Below, piece by piece: positions 9,766 to 19,563 of a stretch of 64,000 nt of DNA; the first letter of the stretch is position 1, and each line of letters begins with the position of its first letter. The stretch is from Candidatus Micrarchaeota archaeon (GTDB taxonomy: Archaea > Micrarchaeota > Micrarchaeia > Micrarchaeales > CABMGC01). The notes beneath the pieces are model-generated. The model was not told where the DNA came from. It saw only the letters and a list, made by a program, of their open reading frames with translations, and did no database searches. The DNA is taken from NCBI GenBank assembly GCA_028867135.1, contig JAGWGW010000002.1, positions 22,170 to 86,169 on the forward strand. The letters run 5' to 3'. Made by a program: the position numbers and the translations under genes.

Positions 9766-9818
9766 TCTTTTTCTGAACCGGCAATAAGTATAAATACCAG
9801 AATCAGGTCCATCTCAGT

Positions 9819-10499
9819 ATGGCCGGTCTTGATTCTTATAAGTCGAAGCCTAACAGCGCGCAGGCAAGGTTCCGCGGCAAGGGAGGCATAGACCAGGAGA
9901 AGGTAAGGGTTGCAGTAGAGAGGAGCAGGCCGTATTTTGAGCTTGTGAGGAGGGTTGAGGGCGAGTTCGGGAACCTGCGCGACAGCTATGAGGGCCTTCC
10001 GAAGGAGCTGAAGGCTTTGTGGGTTAGCAGGAGGATATACGTCGAGAGCGAGCTGCTGAATGGGGTTGTTATATCGTCCGTTGTTGGCATACAGCCTGCG
10101 CTAGACGTAGGAAGCAGGACATACAAAAGAGTGCTGAAGAACCGTTACGGCGTGATCTTGGACAATAGGGAAGCGAGAAGGGTTGCTGCGTTAAGGGAGG
10201 CGCAGAGGCAGAGCGATAGGGAATTTGAGGAAAGTTATGCATCATCAAGAGGCAATGGCAATGCAAGGGCCAGGCTTAACGGAGCAGCAAGGGGAGGAAG
10301 GAAATCCAGGATAACCGACGAGCAGATCAGGGCTGCGCACAGCGACAAGAAGACGGCCGCGGAAATGGCTAAGGAATTCGGCATCGGCAGGAATCAGGTA
10401 TACGTGCGTCTGAGGGCATTGAGGCTTAAGCCCAACGGCAGGATTAGACAGGGCCAGGGTTCTGCGCTCACACATCATGATGGAAGGACGGCCTTGTGA
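9819..10499 (+). CDS. Hypothetical basic protein with C-terminal helix-turn-helix
   Basis: TAAEMAKEFGIGRNQVYVRL; own BRE/TATA-like element (aataagtataaatac, 9783-9797). Confidence 0.6.
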   Translation: MAGLDSYKSKPNSAQARFRGKGGIDQEKVRVAVERSRPYFELVRRVEGEFGNLRDSYEGLPKELKALWVSRRIYVESELLNGVVISSVVGIQPALDVGSRTYKRVLKNRYGVILDNREARRVAALREAQRQSDREFEESYASSRGNGNARARLNGAARGGRKSRITDEQIRAAHSDKKTAAEMAKEFGIGRNQVYVRLRALRLKPNGRIRQGQGSALTHHDGRTAL

Positions 10500-11046
10500 G
10501 AATGTAGAACCTGCTGTCCCCTTTCAGCTCGATGATTACCCGCTCTGCAAGCAGCTTGACCGGGTCCTGTAGCAGCGACACCCTCTTTGTTATGTCCTCG
10601 AAGCTCTCGAAGGACTTGTCCTCCCTTGCGTCTAGGATCGCGGCCAGGTGCTTCTTGCCTATCCCCGGAAGCAGCTCCAGAGAATGCATGCGTATGTTGA
10701 GCGGCGATGCCGTGTTGAACAGCTCCACGAAGTGCTTCTCGTTCTGCTTTATTATCGCATAGATCGCTGGCATGAGCTCGTTCTTTGCCCCTTCGGTAAG
10801 CTCGCTGTACGAGAGCCTGCCCTTTATGAGCGATATCTTGTCCCTCTCCCCTTTTCCTATGTAGACCCTTGTGCCTGTCCTGATGTCGCTGTCCTTCGCC
10901 ACGGCCTCGAGGAGCGTGAACCTCTGCTCTCCGAGCAGCTGCACCAGCGGCTCAGACTTTATCGACGATGACCTTCCGGTGGGAAGATAGTCTAGCACCA
11001 CTGCGTACTCTTCCAGACCCTCCCGTTTCTGCTCCATCTCCTGCAT
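10468..11046 (-). CDS. DUF655 putative RNA-binding protein
   Basis: EEYAVVLDYL, FTLLE, LELLPGIGKK (HhH) and FESFEDI motifs. Confidence 0.92.
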   Translation of the reverse strand: MQEMEQKREGLEEYAVVLDYLPTGRSSSIKSEPLVQLLGEQRFTLLEAVAKDSDIRTGTRVYIGKGERDKISLIKGRLSYSELTEGAKNELMPAIYAIIKQNEKHFVELFNTASPLNIRMHSLELLPGIGKKHLAAILDAREDKSFESFEDITKRVSLLQDPVKLLAERVIIELKGDSRFYILTRPSFHHDV

Positions 11047-11064
11047 GCTCTCCCCTGTGCAGCC

Positions 11065-11406
11065 TTATTGCTTTCCCCTATAGCTTTCGACTATACCCAT
11101 AAGCTTCTTGCAGGCTTCGTCGTCGGGGGTGAGCCTGTCCATGACCAGTATCAGCTTCAGCTGCGTGATGTCGACCGGCATTATCTCCACCGTCTTCAGC
11201 GCCGTCTTCTCCAGCATGCCGTTTTCCATCAGCTCGGCCTTCATCTTCTCGGCTTCCTTCTTGCTCAGCTTTGAGAACTTCTTCGCGTGCTCGTACTCTA
11301 TCTGCTGCTCATATCCGAGCTCGCCGTCCTTCTTCCTCTCTTCCAATATGTCAAGTACGTCTGCTATCGAGACCATCCTTGAGGAAGCCTGCTTCTTTCC
11401 AATCAT
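11065..11406 (-). CDS. rpoF: RNA polymerase subunit Rpo4/RpoF
   Basis: LGYEQ...EHAKKFSKL...EIMP pattern; directly upstream of DUF655. Confidence 0.88.
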   Translation of the reverse strand: MIGKKQASSRMVSIADVLDILEERKKDGELGYEQQIEYEHAKKFSKLSKKEAEKMKAELMENGMLEKTALKTVEIMPVDITQLKLILVMDRLTPDDEACKKLMGIVESYRGKQ

Positions 11407-11479
11407 AAGTACCCCGTAGATAAGTATAGCGAATGCCTTAATTTAAATGTTTTGTTTAGTATAGAGTATTGGTGACTGG

Positions 11480-12388
11480 ATGGATGCCCGCGACGCGTAT
11501 CAGAAGGTAAAGGCCGAGATGAAGAAGCACATAGCGGGCAAGGACGAGACCATAGAGCTGCTCTTCATAACGCTGGTCGCGAACGGCCACGCGCTCCTTG
11601 AGGGGGTTCCTGGAGTTGCAAAGACGACCATGTCCAAGGCGCTTGCGGACTGCATACAGGCAGACTTCAAGAGGATACAGGGCTCGCCGGACCTTGTGCC
11701 CAGCGACATCCTCGGCGAGTCGTATCTGGACAAGGACAACGAGACGCAGTTCAAGAAGGGTCCGATCTTCACTAACATACTTCTTGTAGACGAGCTCAAC
11801 AGGAGCCCGCCGAAGACCATGGCAGCTTTCCTCGAGACGCTTGAGGAGAGGATGGTGACCATTGGCGGGGTGAACATACCGCTTCCGAGGCCTTTCACAG
11901 CCCTCGCGACGCAGAACCCGCTGAGGATAGAGGGAACAGAGCAGCTGCCCAAGGTTCTTGCTGACAGGTTCATAATGAAGATAGACGTTGACTACCCGTC
12001 GATGGAGGAGGAGGTCAGCATGCTTAGGATTAAGGAGGCCGAGGAGAAGATAATAACCAGCAAGGTGATAAGCATCGAGGATATCCTCGACTTCCAGGAG
12101 AAGGTCAAGGCGGTGAAGATGCCTGACGATGTTGCCAGGTTCATAGCGTCGATAGTCTCTGAGAGCAGGAAGGAGATACACGTAGTCATGGGCGCGAGCC
12201 CGAGAGCCGATATAGCGTTCATGCAGTGCTCCAAGGCAAGGGCGCTTATAAGCGGAAGAACAGAGACGACGAAGGACGACATAAGGTTCCTTGCAAAGCC
12301 GATACTCAGCCACAGGATGACGGTCAGGTCAACCGGAGGGATAGGAATCCACGGAATCATCGACGGTATAATCGCTTCAGTAACCTGA
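11480..12388 (+). CDS. MoxR family AAA+ ATPase
   Basis: GHALLEGVPGVAKT, DELNRSPPK, ATQNP, DRF and ASPR motifs. Confidence 0.93.
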   Translation: MDARDAYQKVKAEMKKHIAGKDETIELLFITLVANGHALLEGVPGVAKTTMSKALADCIQADFKRIQGSPDLVPSDILGESYLDKDNETQFKKGPIFTNILLVDELNRSPPKTMAAFLETLEERMVTIGGVNIPLPRPFTALATQNPLRIEGTEQLPKVLADRFIMKIDVDYPSMEEEVSMLRIKEAEEKIITSKVISIEDILDFQEKVKAVKMPDDVARFIASIVSESRKEIHVVMGASPRADIAFMQCSKARALISGRTETTKDDIRFLAKPILSHRMTVRSTGGIGIHGIIDGIIASVT

Positions 12389-12991
12389 TCATCTTATTAT
12401 CTCTGATAGCGCCTCGTAGCTCCTGAGCGCGTCCTCCTTGCTTACTATGAGCATCGTCTCGGTGTAGCAGGATATGAACTCTATGACATTTATGTTCCTC
12501 TCCGCAAGCAATGAGGTCACGAAAGCGAGGACTCCTGATACGTTCTCCAGCTTCTCCTCCGAGTATATTATTATGGCGGAGCAGTTCTCGTGCACCTTTA
12601 TCAGCGACTCCTTCTGCTTCCTTGTCATCGACTTGAACGCGCTCTTGTCCGTGAGGTATACATAATACGAATCCACCTTGACCTCCGCCTTGTTCTCGAT
12701 CTCCAACCTTTTGTCTGATATGGCAACGTATATGCCGTCGAGCAGCGTTATCCTGTTCTCCTTCAGCACATCGAGGGCCCTTTTCTCTATCGTGTTCTTT
12801 ATGCTGCCTATGTGCTCAGCATGCCTTCTCACAGCAGCCTTGACGGCCTGGTAGCTCTTTATGCTGAGCTCCTTCTGTATGAGCCTTGACAGGGAGCTGA
12901 AGTTCACTATCCCGCTCTCGAGGGCTTCCATAGTGTACGGCTTGTTCTTCAGGTACGTCCTTACAAGGTCTGCTATCTTTGTCCCGACCAT
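12389..12991 (-). CDS. ACT domain-containing putative regulator
   Basis: N-terminal helical/HTH-like part (GIVNFSSLSR) and C-terminal ACT (GVLAFVTSLLAERNINVIEFISCYTE). Confidence 0.8.
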   Translation of the reverse strand: MVGTKIADLVRTYLKNKPYTMEALESGIVNFSSLSRLIQKELSIKSYQAVKAAVRRHAEHIGSIKNTIEKRALDVLKENRITLLDGIYVAISDKRLEIENKAEVKVDSYYVYLTDKSAFKSMTRKQKESLIKVHENCSAIIIYSEEKLENVSGVLAFVTSLLAERNINVIEFISCYTETMLIVSKEDALRSYEALSEIIR

Positions 12992-13072
12992 TTTGTCCCA
13001 TTTGATACATTTTAGGCTTGATTTGCATCAAATATGTCGCAAGCTTAATATATATAATTAGCGCCTATCTCT

Positions 13073-13951
13073 TTGGTAATCTTAGTGAACGCTACTGTTG
13101 CAAAGGGGCAGAAACTCGAGCTTGTTACGAAGGTGCTTGTGCGGGCGGATGTTCCAAGCACGATGAATAAGGGAATAAGGAGCAGCGGCAGGACGGAGGC
13201 CGTTGATTTGGGTATGGCAAGCCAGGAACATGCATTGTACAAGCAGGCAATACGCAATGCGGGAGGGAAGGTCATCGAGATGCCTGTGAGCAGGCATCCC
13301 GACAGCCTTTACGTGCAGGATACGGCCTACATAGTGGCCGGCCCGGGAAGCGATTGGAAACCGGTAGCGATCATTGCAAACCCGGGAAACCCTGAGAGGC
13401 GCAAGGAGGTTGGCGAGATAAAGGAGTTCATATCCTCGCTGAACATAGAGATAAAGGAGATAAAGGGCAAGAATGCGTTCATCGAGTTCGGCGACGTGGA
13501 AAAGGTGGATGGCGTCAACGGAGGGCTTATGGTAATAGGATTATCCGAGAGGACCAACTGGAAGGGAGCAAGCAAGTTCATAGACATCGTGCGTGAGATA
13601 GAGCCCATGGCGTTCCAATTGCAGGACATCAAGGGGGTACTGCACCTGACCACGGGCATGACGCCAGTGCACCCCGAGCTCTTCCTTAAGAGCCCCTATC
13701 TCGTCGCTCCGATAATGCTTCCGAACTGGATAGAGGTCGTCGAGCTCGGTGAGAAGGACGCTTACGCAGCAAATGTCCTGCGCATCAACGGCGGCATAGT
13801 CGTGCCTGAAGGCTTCAAGACCGTGAAGGACATCGCCTTGAAGCATTACGACGCTGAAAAGGTCCAGGAGGTGCCGACAAGTCAGACGCAGATACTCAAC
13901 GGCAGCCTTACCTGCGCATCGATAGTCTGGCAGGAGCTGGCAAGGGAATAG
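13073..13951 (+). CDS. Dimethylarginine dimethylaminohydrolase / amidinotransferase (pentein) family protein
   Basis: PDSLYVQDTA, EFGDV, LHLTTG and GSLTCAS (Asp/His/Cys catalytic set). Start uncertain. Confidence 0.85.
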   Translation: MVILVNATVAKGQKLELVTKVLVRADVPSTMNKGIRSSGRTEAVDLGMASQEHALYKQAIRNAGGKVIEMPVSRHPDSLYVQDTAYIVAGPGSDWKPVAIIANPGNPERRKEVGEIKEFISSLNIEIKEIKGKNAFIEFGDVEKVDGVNGGLMVIGLSERTNWKGASKFIDIVREIEPMAFQLQDIKGVLHLTTGMTPVHPELFLKSPYLVAPIMLPNWIEVVELGEKDAYAANVLRINGGIVVPEGFKTVKDIALKHYDAEKVQEVPTSQTQILNGSLTCASIVWQELARE

Positions 13952-13961
13952 CCGCGATGGT

Positions 13962-14504
13962 TTGATGACGATTTACCAGGCTGCGGGGCTTGAAAAACAG
14001 CTTGCAGCTGCGAAGAGCGCTTCAATAAGCGAGAGGGCAGAGAAGGAGCTCATGCGGAGCGGCTCGGCCGGCATACTGCTGGCCTTGGCCGGGAACCCGA
14101 AGCTTTCCAGCGGGACATCGTGGGAGCTGCTCAACAAGGGCAGGGTTGAGCTGAAGAAGACAGGCGCATCAGCAGTTCTGGTTGCGCTTGCGAAGGGCAC
14201 CAGCTGGCCGGCCGTCCAGGAGGAGCTGCTCCTGATAGCGAGGACGCAGAAGGTCGGAGGAATCTGGAAGGGCCTTGCATCAAACGCGGGAAAGTCCCCA
14301 AGGATAGAACTTGAGCTCGCGAAGAGGGGTACGTCCGCAACAAAGGCCATGCTTGCGATGGATGCAGGGATATCGAAGGAGGCCTGCCTGGCCATATGGG
14401 ACCAGGGAGTTTCCGACGCATCCTTCATGCTTGCAGCCAATCCCACAGCAATAGGATACATGCATAATGGCATAAAGGAGTTTCTTGCGAAAGTTAATCG
14501 ATAA
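13962..14504 (+). CDS. Hypothetical protein with LRV-like helical repeats
   Basis: Recurrent LAGNP / LASN / LAANP motifs. Confidence 0.55.
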   Translation: MMTIYQAAGLEKQLAAAKSASISERAEKELMRSGSAGILLALAGNPKLSSGTSWELLNKGRVELKKTGASAVLVALAKGTSWPAVQEELLLIARTQKVGGIWKGLASNAGKSPRIELELAKRGTSATKAMLAMDAGISKEACLAIWDQGVSDASFMLAANPTAIGYMHNGIKEFLAKVNR

Positions 14505-14522
14505 TGATAAATAGATGAGAAA

Positions 14523-15785
14523 ATGGCAAAGGAAAAAGTTGTATTGGCATACAGCGGCGGGCTGGACACGTCGGTTATCCTGAAGTGGCTTGCGAATAGG
14601 GGGCTTGAGGTCATCTGCTTCGTAGGGGACATAGGGCAGCACGAGGACTTCGATGCCATAAAGAAGAAGGCGCTGGCCACAGGGGCCTCGAAGGTTTACG
14701 TTGTGGACTTGAAGAAGGAGTTCGTCACGGATTTCATCTTCCCCGCACTGAAATGCAACGCATTGTATGAAGGAAGGTATCTTTTGGGAACATCCCTTGC
14801 AAGGCCGCTGCTCTCGAAGGCGCAGATAGCGGTAGCGAGCAAAGAAGGCGCGAAGTACGTGTCGCACGGCTCTACTGGAAAGGGCAATGACCAGGTGAGG
14901 TTCGAGCTCTCATACTTTGCGCTTGACCCGAAGATAAAGGTCATAGCGCCTTGGAAGGACAAGGACTTCCTGAACCAGTTCAAGGGAAGGGATGACCTCA
15001 TCGCGTTTGCGAAGAAGTACGGAATACCTGTCAAGGCGTCGGTATCGAAACCTTATAGCGAGGACGAGAACCTCATGCACATAAGTCACGAGGCTGGAAT
15101 ACTGGAGGATCCGTTGCTGAGACCTGCGGAGGATGTCTTCAGCAGGACGACATCGCTGCAGAAGGCGCCTGACAAGGAGACCATGCTTGAGATATACTTC
15201 AAGGACGGCATACCGATAAAGGTAGTTGACAAGACCAACAAGGTCACGAAGACAGACCCTCTCGGGCTCTTCATGCACCTCAACAAGGTCGGAAGCGAGA
15301 ACGGAATAGGCAGGCTGGACATGGTCGAGAACAGGTACATAGGCATAAAGTCGAGGGGAGTGTACGAGACCCCTGGGGCGACGATACTGTGGACAGCGCA
15401 CAGGGACCTTGAAGGCCTTGCAATGGACCGTGAGGTGATGCACATACGTGACATGCTCACGCAGAAGTTCTCAGAGCTGGTCTACAACGGCTTCTGGTTC
15501 TCGCCTGAGATGGACTTCCTGATGAATGCGTTCGACAAGAGCCAGGAGGCGATCGACGGCATGGTCAAGGTCGCGCTGTACAAGGGCAATGTCATGACCG
15601 TTGGCAGGGAGAGCGACAGGAAGCTCTACGACCAGAAGTTCTCGAGCATGCACGAGGAAGGAGGATTCAACACGGAGGACTCTAAAGGCTTCATAAGCGT
15701 CAGCGCTATAAGGCTTAAGGCCCATTATGTAGCATTGGGAGAGAAAGACCCGTATGCGTGGCGCAGCAAGAAGGCCAAGAAGTGA
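14523..15785 (+). CDS. argG: Argininosuccinate synthase
   Basis: [24 protein letters not shown] and [10 protein letters not shown] motifs. Confidence 0.98.
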   Translation: MAKEKVVLAYSGGLDTSVILKWLANRGLEVICFVGDIGQHEDFDAIKKKALATGASKVYVVDLKKEFVTDFIFPALKCNALYEGRYLLGTSLARPLLSKAQIAVASKEGAKYVSHGSTGKGNDQVRFELSYFALDPKIKVIAPWKDKDFLNQFKGRDDLIAFAKKYGIPVKASVSKPYSEDENLMHISHEAGILEDPLLRPAEDVFSRTTSLQKAPDKETMLEIYFKDGIPIKVVDKTNKVTKTDPLGLFMHLNKVGSENGIGRLDMVENRYIGIKSRGVYETPGATILWTAHRDLEGLAMDREVMHIRDMLTQKFSELVYNGFWFSPEMDFLMNAFDKSQEAIDGMVKVALYKGNVMTVGRESDRKLYDQKFSSMHEEGGFNTEDSKGFISVSAIRLKAHYVALGEKDPYAWRSKKAKK

Positions 15786-15791
15786 AATGAG

Positions 15792-16967
15792 ATGAAGCTC
15801 TGGGACAAAGGCTATGGCATAGACAGGGGCATCGAGGAGTTCACCACGGGCAATGACTACATCCTCGACAGGAAGCTCCTGAAATACGACTGCAAGGCCA
15901 GCATAGCCCATGCTAAGATGCTAGGAAAGATAGGTGTGCTGAGCGATGCAGAGGTCAAGAAACTGGTATCGGGGCTGAACCAGATAATCGAGCTCGACAA
16001 GAAGGGCAAGTTCGAGATTAAAAAAGAGGACGAGGACTGCCACACTGCGATAGAGAACTATCTTACCAGCAAGCTCGGCGCAGTGGGCAAGAAGATACAT
16101 ACGGCACGTTCGAGGAACGACCAGGTTGCCGTTGCCCTCCGCCTCTACTACAAGGACGAGCTCAAGACGTGCCAGACGCTTGCAAGCGCGTTCATCAAGT
16201 CGCTCAAGGCATTCAGCAAGAAGTACGGAAACATCGTCATGCCTGGATATACGCACACGCGCAAGGCGATGCCATCCTCCGCAGGCATGTGGACAGCCGC
16301 ATTCATTGAATCGATGGAGGATAACGTCAAGCAGCTGAAGGACGTTTATTCCCTGATAGATCAGTCGCCGCTGGGCACAGGTGCAGGATACGGTGTCCCG
16401 ATGAAGGTCGACAGGCAGTTCACAGCAAAGGAGCTGGGGTTCGCCAAGGTGCAGGAGAGCCCGATATACGTGCAGAACAGCAGGGGCAAGTTCGAGGCAG
16501 CGATAGTCCATGCATTGTCGATGCTGATGCTCGACCTGAACAAGATGTCGCAGGATCTCATAATGTTCAGCATGCCTGAGTTCGGCTACTTCATCATGCC
16601 CAAGGAATTCACCACTGGCAGTTCCATGATGCCGCACAAGAGGAATCCTGATGCGCTTGAGCTGCTGCGTGCGAGCTACCATGTGGTCAATTCGTACGAA
16701 TTCCAGATAAAGGGCATTGTGTCGAACCTCATCTCGGGATACAACAAGGACTTCCAGCTGACCAAGGAGCCTACGATGAAGAGCTTCGAGATTGCTGAGC
16801 AGTCAATGGTAATCGCAAGCACTTTGATGAACGGCATAAAGGTGGACAAGGAGGCATGCAAGAAGGCGATGACGGAGGAGCTCTTCGCTACTCAACAGGC
16901 ATACCTGCTTGTTAAGAAAGGAGTCCCTTTCCGTGACGCTTACAAGAAAGTCGGGAAGAAGTACTAG
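15792..16967 (+). CDS. argH: Argininosuccinate lyase
   Basis: HTARSRNDQ, MPGYTH, GSSMMPHKRNPD and GVPFRDAY motifs. Confidence 0.97.
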   Translation: MKLWDKGYGIDRGIEEFTTGNDYILDRKLLKYDCKASIAHAKMLGKIGVLSDAEVKKLVSGLNQIIELDKKGKFEIKKEDEDCHTAIENYLTSKLGAVGKKIHTARSRNDQVAVALRLYYKDELKTCQTLASAFIKSLKAFSKKYGNIVMPGYTHTRKAMPSSAGMWTAAFIESMEDNVKQLKDVYSLIDQSPLGTGAGYGVPMKVDRQFTAKELGFAKVQESPIYVQNSRGKFEAAIVHALSMLMLDLNKMSQDLIMFSMPEFGYFIMPKEFTTGSSMMPHKRNPDALELLRASYHVVNSYEFQIKGIVSNLISGYNKDFQLTKEPTMKSFEIAEQSMVIASTLMNGIKVDKEACKKAMTEELFATQQAYLLVKKGVPFRDAYKKVGKKY

Positions 16968-16969
16968 GA

Positions 16970-17299
16970 GTGCGCATGGTAGTCGAGCAGAGGCCAATCA
17001 TAATAGCAACTGAGAAGAGGATATTCGCGATACTGAGACCTCCTGCGTCCTTCGAGGAGCGCGTGGATAGGCACAGGAAGCTGCTTGCTGAGCAGTACCC
17101 TCGGGCTTCGCCCAAGGTTGTCGACATGTCTGCGAAGAACCTTGCGCGCCTTGACGAAAGAATCTCTAAGCTTGAGAACGCAGGAGGGCATGTGGCCGAC
17201 GCAGACAGAAACCTCTGGTGCGAATATACGGCTGCTGTTGCTGAGAGCCATCGCAGCAGCGTGGAAGGCGATGTGCGTCATCTGCTAAGGATTGTCTGA
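16970..17299 (+). CDS. Hypothetical protein
   Basis: ORF fills the argH-GNAT gap in the same orientation. Confidence 0.55.
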   Translation: MRMVVEQRPIIIATEKRIFAILRPPASFEERVDRHRKLLAEQYPRASPKVVDMSAKNLARLDERISKLENAGGHVADADRNLWCEYTAAVAESHRSSVEGDVRHLLRIV

Positions 17300-17311
17300 T
17301 TTGGGGAGCGG

Positions 17312-17725
17312 ATGAGGATAAGGAGGATGTGCAATAGGGACTTCAGTTCCATGTTCAGGGTATGGAAGAGGGCAGGTCTCGATCTAAGCAGCATTGCGGT
17401 CGAGAGGTACGAGACTAAGGAGATGCTGAGGATAAACACGAAGACATGCTTCGTTGCAGTGAACGGGAAGGTCGTGGGCACGGTCTTCGGAGTGTACAAT
17501 GGAAGAAGGGCATGGATACATCACCTTGCTGTGGATCCTGACTATCAGGGTAACGGGGTTGGCAGCGCACTTCTGGGGAAGGCGGAGGTTGCGCTCAAAG
17601 GAGTCGGGGCGAGGAAGGTCCTTCTCTTCGTCAATCACACGAACAAGAGGGTGAAAGCGTTTTATCGTAAGCAGGGATACACGGAGCCGAACGAGGCGGT
17701 CTGGATGAGGAAGGTGCTGAAGTAA
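17312..17725 (+). CDS. GNAT family N-acetyltransferase
   Basis: LAVDPDYQGNGVGSAL and N...AFYRKQGY motifs. Confidence 0.93.
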   Translation: MRIRRMCNRDFSSMFRVWKRAGLDLSSIAVERYETKEMLRINTKTCFVAVNGKVVGTVFGVYNGRRAWIHHLAVDPDYQGNGVGSALLGKAEVALKGVGARKVLLFVNHTNKRVKAFYRKQGYTEPNEAVWMRKVLK

Positions 17726-17765
17726 AGAACTGTTTTTAATTGCTTGCATACCAATATTCTAACAC

Positions 17766-17901
17766 GGGTCCGTAGCTCAGCTTGGATAGAGCAGCACCGT
17801 CCTAATCCGAAAGGATTAAGGTGATGGTCACGGGTTCAAAATAAATCCTTACCCTTATTAATCTGGATGGTAAGGTATTTATGAAATTCCCGTCGGACCC
17901 G
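17766..17901 (+). tRNA. tRNA-Arg(CCT) with two introns (37/38: 17805-17818; 59/60: 17841-17887)
   Basis: Acceptor GGGTCCG/CGGACCC, D stem GCTC/GAGC, anticodon CCT at 17801-17803, T arm ACGGG-TTCAAA^T-CCCGT; both introns have BHB-type boundaries. Confidence 0.9.
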
Positions 17902-17912
17902 TTCATTGTGAT

Positions 17913-18965
17913 TTGATGGCGAGCAAGAAGGACAAGATAGACATCGATGAGCCAAGCATAATAGTCAAACCGTTGTCGAAGTTCGGCGGCCTTGACAACA
18001 TACACGTAGCATTGCTTGGATTGGTTGTCATACTCATACTGCTTCTTCTTGTCGTCTCGTACAACAAGCAGGTGCTCGTAAAGAACGTATCGTCAAATTC
18101 GACATGCGTATACGGCGCTGTAAACGGGACGTGCGTAACCCCGCATTACAATTCCAGCCAGATCAAGGGTATAACCGAAAGGCTGCTCGCGAGCTACGCG
18201 AACCTCAATACATCACTGTCGCTGATACCGTACATAACCAATGTGAGCGCCATAGAGGCGCAGTACATGCCGAGCGCAAAGGAGTGGTACGTGTCTGTCA
18301 GGGCCAACAATCCGCTGCAGAACAGGAGCTTCAACCTGTCTGCTGTGATAAGCGATACGGACGGCTCCGTGGTAATGACCTTCATTGAAACGATAAACCC
18401 GACTCCTCTGTCATCCAATTATGTTGCATCGGCAGGCATAGTCAGGCTTTACGGGAAGGTCCCGTGCCTGCAGGGCAACGGGGCGGTTCCAGTGTACTGG
18501 TTCATAGACCCATACGCCCCTGGAGCGCTGCAGAGCCTCCAGAACTATACCCAGCTGCAGAGAAGCTTCGGAAGCAAGGTCAACATGAGCCTGGAGATAC
18601 TCTACAGCCAGTATTCGCAGAACATAGGAAAGGCGGACGGCCAGGACAACACGCAGCAGCTCGGCAAGTACCTGTTCTGCGCATCGGCGCAGCGGAACTT
18701 CGCGAACTTCTCCGGGAGCCTGTCTTCATTCCAGGGATACATATCGCCAGGGACGCTCTCTAGCATGGCTAACATATCCAAGCTGGACATCGCTCAGCTC
18801 AACTCGTGCCTGGCATCCTCGCAGTCCACAATAAATGCGCAGGCAATACTTGCACAGTATTACAACATCACGACAACTCCTGTTGCGGTTGCCGACTGCC
18901 AATATATGGCTATACCGCAGACAGCAAGAAGCGCGATATGCTATTCTCGGAACGGTTTATGCTGA
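17913..18965 (+). CDS. Membrane-anchored extracellular protein with DsbA/thioredoxin-like C-terminal fold
   Basis: Single TM, several Cys and N-glycosylation sequons; FIDPYAP in place of CxxC, and a YNITTTP motif. Confidence 0.55.
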   Translation: MMASKKDKIDIDEPSIIVKPLSKFGGLDNIHVALLGLVVILILLLLVVSYNKQVLVKNVSSNSTCVYGAVNGTCVTPHYNSSQIKGITERLLASYANLNTSLSLIPYITNVSAIEAQYMPSAKEWYVSVRANNPLQNRSFNLSAVISDTDGSVVMTFIETINPTPLSSNYVASAGIVRLYGKVPCLQGNGAVPVYWFIDPYAPGALQSLQNYTQLQRSFGSKVNMSLEILYSQYSQNIGKADGQDNTQQLGKYLFCASAQRNFANFSGSLSSFQGYISPGTLSSMANISKLDIAQLNSCLASSQSTINAQAILAQYYNITTTPVAVADCQYMAIPQTARSAICYSRNGLC

Positions 18966-18972
18966 TATGCCC

Positions 18973-19461
18973 ATGAAATATACGATAATAGGGATAGATT
19001 CGGGGAAGACGGTCGCGGTAGTGTCGATGAGCCTCGATAGGGAGGTCATAGGCATCGATACCGGGAGATTTGCAGGGCTTGATTGGTTCGTGGACAGGAT
19101 AAGGGAGAAGGGAATGCCTGTTGTTATCGCGAGCGACAAGAAGGATGCGCAATCCCTTGTGCGCAGGCTGGCTGCGATATTCAACTCGGTCATATTCACG
19201 CCCAACGCGGACATAAACGTTGAGAGGAAGCAGGAGCTGGCGCAGGGCTACAAAGTAGGGAACCTTCATGAGAGGGACGCGCTTTCGGCCGCAATAGTCG
19301 CCTACAACTCATACGTTAGCAAGCTGAAGCAGGCGGAGAGGGCAGCAAGGGAGCAGAACTTCGGGGATGTTGACAGGATGAAGATGCTTGTGATAAAGAG
19401 ATACTCGATACATGAGGCTCTGAAGGAGGAAAAGAAGGTACATAGATTTGTAAGGGGTTAA
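18973..19461 (+). CDS. DUF460 family (RNase H-like fold) protein
   Basis: IIGIDSGKT, PVVIASD and HERDALSAA motifs. Confidence 0.8.
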   Translation: MKYTIIGIDSGKTVAVVSMSLDREVIGIDTGRFAGLDWFVDRIREKGMPVVIASDKKDAQSLVRRLAAIFNSVIFTPNADINVERKQELAQGYKVGNLHERDALSAAIVAYNSYVSKLKQAERAAREQNFGDVDRMKMLVIKRYSIHEALKEEKKVHRFVRG

Positions 19462-19563
19462 AGTTTGGTGCCAGCCCCATCATTACAGACGAAGGCTCAG
19501 CGGAGCATATATAAACCATATTGAAAGATTATTTAATTAGGCACAGCAAGAAGAGATTTGCGC

